Assembly (NCBI RefSeq): GCF_900083515.1
Contig: NZ_LT671858.1
Location: 1,800,001 to 1,832,000, forward strand
DNA: 32,000 bases
Direction: 5' to 3'
Origin: Cuniculiplasma divulgatum
GTDB taxonomy: Archaea; Thermoplasmatota; Thermoplasmata; Thermoplasmatales; Thermoplasmataceae
Shown: positions 25,417-32,000 of the stretch, piece after piece
How the letters are laid out: each line of letters opens with the position of its first letter
Position numbering within the stretch: position 1 is the stretch's first letter
The notes under the pieces: generated by a model
The model's database searches: none
What the model was told of the DNA's origin: nothing
What the model saw: the letters and a program-made list of their open reading frames with translations, nothing else
Translations under genes and position numbers: made by a program

Positions 25417-26256
25417 ATGATTGAAATCAAAGATATAAGAAAGGTATACAAAGGAGGGAAGGTCGCTGTAGACGGAATTACTGAAGTGATGGACAAAAGA
25501 GTCACAACTCTGATAGGCAGAAATGGGGCTGGGAAGACCACACTTTTGAGAATGCTTTCAACACAGCTTTATCCTACCTCAGGGACTGCTCTAATTAATG
25601 GACTTGATATTGTAAGAGATGCTGCTAAGATAAGAAAAATTGTGGCCAGCATACCACAGGAGGCGTCACCTCTTGGAATACTTTCCCCTTATGAACAGGT
25701 CAATATGTATCTATTGGGTAGAAAATTCAATTTTTCCGATGCAAAGAAAGCTGCAAACGATGCTCTGGAAACAGTTGGACTGTGGGACGTGAGAAATAAG
25801 CCATCAGATACTCTGAGCGGAGGAATGAAGAGAAAAATGTTTGTTGCACTTGCGCTTGCATCTAATGCAGAACTTGTTTTTTTGGATGAACCAACAACAG
25901 GTTTGGACCCACTTTCCAGACTTGAGATATGGTCAGCCATCAAGAAGCTTTCAGGAAATGTACTGCTAACTACCCACTACATGGAAGAAGCAGAAAATCT
26001 ATCAGATGTTGTATATCTTCAGGACAGTGGCCATATTATAGATAGGGGAACAGTTAAGAAACTACTATCAAGATTCGCAGGTAAGGTAAGGGTTGAATCA
26101 CAAACAGAACTGTCCGATTCGTTTAGAGTGGGTGGGATATACGTGAAATATGATACAATTGAAAATTCTGAAACATACATACGAGAAGGCAGGACTGTTA
26201 AAAAAATCACACTGGACGATCTATTCATAATGAGGGGTGTTGATCTTGAATCTTAA
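25417..26256 (+). CDS. ABC transporter ATP-binding protein (canonical motifs)
   Basis: Walker A GRNGAGKTT, Q-loop IPQE, signature LSGGMKRKM, Walker B LVFLDEPTTGLD, H-loop LTTHYM. Confidence 0.9.
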   Translation: MIEIKDIRKVYKGGKVAVDGITEVMDKRVTTLIGRNGAGKTTLLRMLSTQLYPTSGTALINGLDIVRDAAKIRKIVASIPQEASPLGILSPYEQVNMYLLGRKFNFSDAKKAANDALETVGLWDVRNKPSDTLSGGMKRKMFVALALASNAELVFLDEPTTGLDPLSRLEIWSAIKKLSGNVLLTTHYMEEAENLSDVVYLQDSGHIIDRGTVKKLLSRFAGKVRVESQTELSDSFRVGGIYVKYDTIENSETYIREGRTVKKITLDDLFIMRGVDLES

Positions 26257-26995
26257 ATTCATTTTTACCTTTGCATGGTATTATGGTGTGAAGGTAATTG
26301 TCAGAGGTCCTTCGTACATTATAGCGTCACTTGTAACGCCTCTTACACTTCTCTTTGTTGTGTATGTTCTCACTCAGGGAGCACTTGTACAATATGCAGT
26401 AGTTGGAGGAATGATAACGCTGATAGCATCCATAGGCCTTCAAAGCGCAGGAGATGCCACGTTCATGAGACTTCAGCTAAGAATACAGGAAATGTACGTG
26501 GCCAGTGAAGTAACTCCTATAGATTATATGCTCAGTATGACCCTGAGCTTTCTTGCCTTCTCCATACCAGGTATAGTTGTGTACAGTTTCCTTGGTTCCT
26601 ATTATCATTTGTACAACATTTTTACAGCACTTTACATGCTGTTCCTGATCTTTATACTTATCCTTTCTACTTCTGCAATTTCATTTATCATATCAAGCCT
26701 CGTAAACCACGTTAGGAATATATGGGGAATCACCTCAATCCTTTCCATTGTGATGACGGTAATCCCCCCAACGTTTTATCCATACACTTATCTTCTCGGG
26801 AAGTTCGGGCAGAATGGTCTCATTTATGCACTCTCGCTCTCACCTGCAACTCCAGCAGCGGTGTCGGCACAGATATTCTTCGGGCTAGAGCCATGGAACT
26901 ATAATGAGTTCATAACAATGGTTATAATCATGTTGATTGAAACCATTGTTTACTTTGCCATTGCAAAATACCTTACAAGATGGAGAGAGCACTGA
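26237..26995 (+). CDS. ABC-2-type transporter permease
   Basis: GTG start overlaps the ATPase gene by 20 nt. About six hydrophobic helices. Positioned immediately after the ATPase. Confidence 0.7.
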   Translation: MLILNLKFIFTFAWYYGVKVIVRGPSYIIASLVTPLTLLFVVYVLTQGALVQYAVVGGMITLIASIGLQSAGDATFMRLQLRIQEMYVASEVTPIDYMLSMTLSFLAFSIPGIVVYSFLGSYYHLYNIFTALYMLFLIFILILSTSAISFIISSLVNHVRNIWGITSILSIVMTVIPPTFYPYTYLLGKFGQNGLIYALSLSPATPAAVSAQIFFGLEPWNYNEFITMVIIMLIETIVYFAIAKYLTRWREH

Positions 26996-27106
26996 TCAGG
27001 TAAGCTTTAATTTTTAATTCTATCTTAAACTTACATTCTACCTACACTGTAGCTGAATCCTATACACGTTTAACAATAATTAAATATAATATAAAGATGA
27101 TATTAA

Positions 27107-29494
27107 ATGAATCCAATTGTAGAAAAATATTCATTATCACTGAATTTCATGAATGAAAATGAATTCAGCGGAATATGCCACATTTTCTTAAAGAGCGAAG
27201 AGGAGAATTTAATACTGGACGCCAGAGAAATGGAAATAGAAAAGTTACTGGCCAATGGAAAAGAAGCATCCTATTCCTATGATGAAAGAAAGAGAAAAAT
27301 TGTTTTAAAAGAAATAAGAACTGGTGAGGTTGAACTGGAAATCTCTTATAAGAGGAAATATGGAGAGGGACTGGCAGGCTTGTACAGAGCAGGTAAGGGA
27401 GATCAGTCCATGATAACAACACAGTTTGAATCCAATGATGCATCCACAGCTTTTCCCTGCTTTGACAGTCCAGCTATTAAAGCTAAATTTGAAGTCACAC
27501 TTACAATTAGTGAGGATCAGGATGCAATTAGTAATATGCCTCAGATATCAAACAGAAAGATATCAGAAGGATCAAAAGAAATAAAATTTGATACAACGCC
27601 ACCCATGTCTACCTATCTTCTATATATTGGTGTTGGAAAATTCCTCACAAAAACAAGAAATCACGGAAAATGTGAAATTATTCTCGCAAGACCAGGGAAA
27701 GATATGAGATCGGATGACTTTCCACTGGAGGTAGCGGATAAGTGTATAACCTTCTATGAAGACTATTTTGGAATCCCATATGCTCTCCCGAAGATGCATC
27801 TTATAGCAGTTCCTGACTTTGCTGCAGGTGCAATGGAAAACTGGGGCGCAATAACATTCAGGGAAGATGTACTGCTAAATAATGAGAATACAGACTCTGA
27901 GGGAAAAATATTGATTGCCATAGTTATTGCCCACGAGATCGCTCATCAGTGGTTCGGGAACCTTGTAACAATGAAATGGTGGAATGACCTGTGGCTGAAT
28001 GAGAGCTTTGCCACTTTTATGTCTTCTCTCTGCGTTAATAGTTTATTCCCTGAATATGAGGAAGAAAAGACGTATTATCTAAATGAAACCGTAGGTTCAA
28101 TGGCAAGCGATGCACTTCTGAGTTCCCATCCAATTAATGTAGAGGTGAAGGAACCTGAGGATATAGAACAGGTTTTCGATGATATAAGCTACGGAAAGGG
28201 TGGGAGTATTCTAAGAATGATACATCATTATATGGGAGAGGAAAAATTTAGATCAGGACTTTCCTCCTACCTTGAAAAATTTAGATATGGAAATGCAGAA
28301 GGAAATGATCTCTGGACTGAACTTGAAAAAAGTTCTGAGTTGAATATATCCTCAATAATGAACAACTGGATAAATCAATCAGGTTTTCCACTTATAAATG
28401 TGGATTACGATGGAAAAAATCTTAAACTGGAACAGCACCAGTTCCTTCTATCTGGAGAGAAAAGCGAAAAGATATGGAAAATACCAGTTTTTATACAGAC
28501 AGAAAATGAGGAAATTAAAATCCTGATGGAGAATAGAACCTTTGAATTAGAGGTGAAAGGGTTCCAAAAGTTAAATTCTAGAGGAACGGGATACTATCAA
28601 ACAATCTATAATGATTTAATGCTGGACAGTTTGAAAGAAAGAATGAAGAAAATGGATCCAATGGATAAGGCCGAGATTGTGGGAGACAGTTATTTCCAGC
28701 TGATTTCAGGCAGAATGAGTGCTGAAAAATTCTTCGCCTCTGCAAATGAAGTTGCAACATCTTTTTCAACACCATCCTCTCTTTTACTCGTCAATAATCT
28801 TGATCGGTTAAATGGTATTCTGTATGATAAGAATGAGTTTTCAAGATCAAGTGCTAAAATAATCAAGAAAATAATAGAAAGCGGTGAAAGTAAAGGCAGC
28901 AAAATGACTATACTTGACCAGATCACCATAAAAAAAGCAAAGGTCGCATATGCTAAAGTAAATCATGAGTTTGCAATGACAGAGTCTGAAAAATTCAATT
29001 CCTATTTCAACCTGAAACCTGACGATAGGGAGTTGGTAGCACTGTCTAAGGCAATAGTGGCAACTGATCTGGGTGAAATGATAGCTAAACTGGAAGAAGC
29101 AGAGGATGATTCAGATAGGGAAACGCTTATAGTAGCAATGGGATGGGCAAATGGAAAGAAGAACCACAAAAAAATAATTAAATTACTTATACAGGGAAAA
29201 ATAAAGAAACAGGATGCTCCATCTGCAGTGTTCACACTCATAAGAAACCCGGATTCAAGAAAGTATGTTGCCAGTATACTTCTTCCCTTGCTAAGAAATA
29301 TGAGCAAGGCTTTTGGGAACACTGGAATGCTCTCAACGGCTGCGTTTATGACAATTCCGTTACTTGGACTCGAGAATGAGGCAAAGGTTAGAAAGGTGAT
29401 GTCTAAACTTAATTATAATGAGATAAGAATGGGTTATGAGAAAGGATTAGAAATGCTTGAAGTGTACAAAAAGATGAGGGCCTCTATTTACTAG
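27107..29494 (+). CDS. M1-family zinc aminopeptidase, tricorn protease-interacting factor F2/F3-like
   Basis: GAMENWG exopeptidase motif and HEIAHQWFGNLVTMKWWNDLWLNESFA (HExxH-x18-E). Its 795-aa size matches the Thermoplasma F2/F3 class. Confidence 0.9.
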   Translation: MNPIVEKYSLSLNFMNENEFSGICHIFLKSEEENLILDAREMEIEKLLANGKEASYSYDERKRKIVLKEIRTGEVELEISYKRKYGEGLAGLYRAGKGDQSMITTQFESNDASTAFPCFDSPAIKAKFEVTLTISEDQDAISNMPQISNRKISEGSKEIKFDTTPPMSTYLLYIGVGKFLTKTRNHGKCEIILARPGKDMRSDDFPLEVADKCITFYEDYFGIPYALPKMHLIAVPDFAAGAMENWGAITFREDVLLNNENTDSEGKILIAIVIAHEIAHQWFGNLVTMKWWNDLWLNESFATFMSSLCVNSLFPEYEEEKTYYLNETVGSMASDALLSSHPINVEVKEPEDIEQVFDDISYGKGGSILRMIHHYMGEEKFRSGLSSYLEKFRYGNAEGNDLWTELEKSSELNISSIMNNWINQSGFPLINVDYDGKNLKLEQHQFLLSGEKSEKIWKIPVFIQTENEEIKILMENRTFELEVKGFQKLNSRGTGYYQTIYNDLMLDSLKERMKKMDPMDKAEIVGDSYFQLISGRMSAEKFFASANEVATSFSTPSSLLLVNNLDRLNGILYDKNEFSRSSAKIIKKIIESGESKGSKMTILDQITIKKAKVAYAKVNHEFAMTESEKFNSYFNLKPDDRELVALSKAIVATDLGEMIAKLEEAEDDSDRETLIVAMGWANGKKNHKKIIKLLIQGKIKKQDAPSAVFTLIRNPDSRKYVASILLPLLRNMSKAFGNTGMLSTAAFMTIPLLGLENEAKVRKVMSKLNYNEIRMGYEKGLEMLEVYKKMRASIY

Positions 29495-30126
29495 GCCTTT
29501 CTCACCACAGTGATGAACTCTTCTATATTCCTGCATATAAATTCAGGATTGTACTCTTTTAGAATTTCTTCAATTCCACTTCCCCAGGTAGCACCTGCAC
29601 TCCTTATTCCTGCAGCCCGTGCCGCGATTATGTCATAGGGTTGATCTCCAACATATATTGTATTTTCACTGATCGCACCTATTTTTTCCATACACCTAAT
29701 TATGGGATCAGGTTCTGGTTTATGATATAGTGTATCTTCCTGACCTACAACAGCATCAAAATAGTCTATAAGACCAGTCATGGTTAATAAAAGATACGCA
29801 GTGTCACGGTGACTGGATGTTACCACTGCCATATTGATTCTCCTTTCCTTTAGATAATTCAGCAGTTCAATAACCCCTTCAAATGGAGATATGCTCTTTA
29901 TATGCTTCTCGAAAAATTCTCTCCCCTTGAGATAGGCTATTTCCCCCTTCTGGTCATAGAACTCTTTCATCAGTAATTGCACAGGTCTCCCAATGAGTTT
30001 AGAATGTTCTTCATCTGTTAGCTTTCTCCCAAAAACTTCCTGAAACCCATAATCCGTTGCAACTCTTGAAAGGGTTTCACTATCAAGAAGCGTCCCGTCC
30101 ATGTCGAAAATTACTGTTTTAATCAT
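29491..30126 (-). CDS. HAD-superfamily hydrolase (phosphoglycolate phosphatase / PpaX-like subfamily IA)
   Basis: Motif I is VIFDMDGTLLDS, motif II is VVTSS, and motif IV is YVGDQPYDI. Confidence 0.85.
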   Translation of the reverse strand: MIKTVIFDMDGTLLDSETLSRVATDYGFQEVFGRKLTDEEHSKLIGRPVQLLMKEFYDQKGEIAYLKGREFFEKHIKSISPFEGVIELLNYLKERRINMAVVTSSHRDTAYLLLTMTGLIDYFDAVVGQEDTLYHKPEPDPIIRCMEKIGAISENTIYVGDQPYDIIAARAAGIRSAGATWGSGIEEILKEYNPEFICRNIEEFITVVRKA

Positions 30127-30175
30127 AGAATATCCCTCTTTTATTATTAATCAAACATATTTTCATTTTTCATGA

Positions 30176-31318
30176 TTAATTCAGTTTAACCCAGAGTTCC
30201 TTGAACCCATAAACTATTGTACTTTCCTGTGGAATCATCTTCCTGTTTCTTAGTATTTCATATGAATCAAAGTTTTCAGTCATGTACTCCATCGCAATTT
30301 TAGCCTCAAGTCTGGCCAGGGGTGCACCAAGACAGTAATGAATGCCTTCTCCAAAGGCTATGTGTCTGTTTTCCTTCCTGCCAATAATGAATTTATCTGC
30401 ATCTTCAAAAATACTTTCATCCCTGTTGGCTGAACCGATCCACGGAACCATTATGCTCCCCTTCCTGATTGGAACTCCACTCAGATCTGTATCGTCTCTT
30501 GCTACTCTGTAAATAGATTGTACTGGACTCCTGTATCTAAGCACTTCCTCAAGAGCCTGTGGAATAAGTTTGGAATCATCTCTCATGGCCTCATAAGTAC
30601 CTGGATTTTCACTGAATGTGAGAAGAGCATTTGAAAGCAGGTTGGTTGTGGTTTCATTTCCAGCTACAAGTAGAAGGATAAAAAATCCCAGACTTTCCAT
30701 CATTGTCAGCTTTTCTCCATCTACTTCAGCATTTAACACGGAATATACAAGGCTTTCGTCAGGGTTTTTCTCTTTTTCTATCATAAGTTTCTGGAAATAT
30801 CCTTTCATATCTTCTATGGTTTTAGGAAAATTTGTAAAAGAAGTCTCAGACCCTCCAACTATTGTATCTGACCATTTCTTGAACATATCCATATCTTTAA
30901 GTGGTATTCCAAGCATGGTTGCAATAACAGTAATGGGAAGGGGTGATGTGAATTCTTTTATTATGTCGACTTCGTGTCCTTTTTTTGCATTCAAGAGGCT
31001 TTCTGCTATTTCCCTGATCTGTGGAGCCATTTTTTCAATTGTCCTTGGGGTAAATGCCCTCGATACAATATTCCTGAGCTTTGTGTGCTTTGGTGGATCG
31101 AGATTTATGATGCTCTCAGATATTGGTCCACCTGCTGGGTTGAAAGCTTTACCAAACTGTGATGAGAATTTGTTAAAATTTCCCAGTGTTTCTTTAACAT
31201 CCGTATATCTGAAAACATTTACGAGCCTGTATTCTGGATCATAGTATACAGGGTTCTCGGATCGCATTCTTTTGTACCAGGGGAAGGGATTCATTATATC
31301 CCTGCTCATCTCATCCAT
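30176..31318 (-). CDS. Cytochrome P450
   Basis: Heme-thiolate loop FGEGIHYCLGAPLARLE, K-helix EEVLRYRSP (ExxR), I-helix VAGNETT. Confidence 0.9.
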   Translation of the reverse strand: MDEMSRDIMNPFPWYKRMRSENPVYYDPEYRLVNVFRYTDVKETLGNFNKFSSQFGKAFNPAGGPISESIINLDPPKHTKLRNIVSRAFTPRTIEKMAPQIREIAESLLNAKKGHEVDIIKEFTSPLPITVIATMLGIPLKDMDMFKKWSDTIVGGSETSFTNFPKTIEDMKGYFQKLMIEKEKNPDESLVYSVLNAEVDGEKLTMMESLGFFILLLVAGNETTTNLLSNALLTFSENPGTYEAMRDDSKLIPQALEEVLRYRSPVQSIYRVARDDTDLSGVPIRKGSIMVPWIGSANRDESIFEDADKFIIGRKENRHIAFGEGIHYCLGAPLARLEAKIAMEYMTENFDSYEILRNRKMIPQESTIVYGFKELWVKLN

Positions 31319-31569
31319 ATTCTCATAATACTGGATCTGAATTTATAATTATCTTCATTTATTGCCTGCTATGAACTCAGTTTGTATTATCTTGATTTAA
31401 CGCTTTTGCTTTAAATATATGTGATTGTACATTGAGTTTAATTTGGGATAATGTCTTTATTGATGATATTAAATGAAATTTTAGTGTGAATTTATTAATT
31501 TCTTCTTACCTGTAGATTAACTTTAATGAACTCATAGGGCTTTATATAGTAATTTTTCATGTTATAACG

Positions 31570-32000
31570 TTGTCCTTCCCTAAGTTAATAATTATTGCTC
31601 TTAGAAGAAATTTGCAACCTCGAATTTTACTTGTTATACTATTTGCTTCCATCTTGTTGGTTCCGGCTTTTACATTTGATAATAATGAAATTTCCAGAAA
31701 TATATCAAACAACTACTTTCTTGGAGATGTCCAATCTCAGAATAATACCATTATTAACAACAATACAGTTTGTTTTGTTTTGATAGGAAATTCTCTTGAT
31801 GAATTAAACAGCACTGGTGTAAATTTTTACATCTCAGCAGAATATATTGTTTTGGGAGTACCAGCTTCCGATCATCTAGGTAACAGGGCTTCAATATTTT
31901 ACAACACAGTGACCAATAAAGGAGGGAGGGTCTATATCAAAACTTCCCATATTGACTACCTTATATATTCAAGACTTAAACAATACGTAAACATTTCTTT
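31570..32000 (+). CDS. Exported or anchored protein of unknown function, 3'-truncated by the window edge (absent from the ORF track)
   Basis: I translated frame 1 by hand and it is open from 31516 to position 32000 with no stop. There is no ATG; the candidate start is TTG at 31570. The N-terminus is signal/anchor-like: RRNLQPRILLVILFASILLVPAFTF. Several N-x-S/T sequons follow. All three minus-strand frames of 31800-32000 contain early stops. Confidence 0.45.
   Translation, partial: MSFPKLIIIALRRNLQPRILLVILFASILLVPAFTFDNNEISRNISNNYFLGDVQSQNNTIINNNTVCFVLIGNSLDELNSTGVNFYISAEYIVLGVPASDHLGNRASIFYNTVTNKGGRVYIKTSHIDYLIYSRLKQYVNIS

Noticed and set aside
30618-31244. A 208-aa plus-strand ORF antisense to the P450 gene. 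Similar long antisense or alternate-frame ORFs occur at 22435-22794, 22801-23163, 24071-24436, 17049-17378, 1209-1523, 5182-5499, 8829-9152, 26275-26508 and 26722-26904.
   Set aside because: Each lies entirely inside a gene whose own frame carries unambiguous family motifs. Their translations are low-complexity (Ser/Phe/Ile-rich) with no recognisable motif. They are most simply shadow ORFs.
31595-31783. A 62-aa TTG-initiated ORF from the track.
   Set aside because: It is embedded in a longer open frame (31516 to the window end) that has a better signal/anchor-like N-terminus. The 62-aa product is Leu/Tyr/Phe-rich with no motif.
1-32000. CRISPR arrays, rRNA genes, IS elements with terminal inverted repeats, and long direct repeats.
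   Set aside because: Reading through every intergenic region showed no regularly spaced repeats or rRNA-like GC-rich blocks. The only shared 12-mer I noticed, ATCACTTAATGA at about 12622 and 14392, is within chance expectation for 32 kb of AT-rich DNA.

Overview
AT-rich, very gene-dense archaeal chromosomal segment. Archaeal origin is supported by the diphthamide enzyme Dph2, an archaeal-type MiaB-like methylthiotransferase, an A24 preflagellin-type peptidase, A/T-rich TATA-like boxes 25-45 nt upstream of starts, and many overlapping stop/start junctions. The gene set (tricorn-interacting-factor-type M1 aminopeptidase, cytochrome P450, ars operon, glutamic-peptidase-like exoprotein, sequon-rich exported proteins) fits an acidophilic Thermoplasmatales-like organism such as Picrophilus or Ferroplasma, but I cannot verify the taxon without a search. 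In order, the window holds: two Opp/Dpp-type ABC ATPases with insertions and degenerate catalytic motifs; a convergent pair of paralogous polytopic membrane proteins, the larger fused to a polyferredoxin-like Cys-rich domain; arsR-arsC-arsB; an ABC-2 exporter with two paralogous large-ectodomain permeases; a divergent G1 (eqolisin)-like peptidase; a ~0.9 kb gene-free decayed stretch next to tRNA-Ser(GGA); then USP, aspA, a methyltransferase, an amidohydrolase, a MiaB-like enzyme and a tightly packed minus-strand cluster (MBL hydrolase, HIBADH-like dehydrogenase, A24 peptidase, HutI-like, Dph2); then a flavoprotein, a second ABC-2 operon, the M1 aminopeptidase, a HAD hydrolase, the P450, and an exported-protein ORF that runs off the window end and is absent from the ORF track. 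I saw no CRISPR array, rRNA, intact IS or integrase. The most unusual item is the membrane-module/polyferredoxin gene pair just downstream of arsB. Next come the doubly degenerate Opp ATPase pair and the dual-permease ABC system. All functional calls rest on motif recognition by eye, not on database searches.
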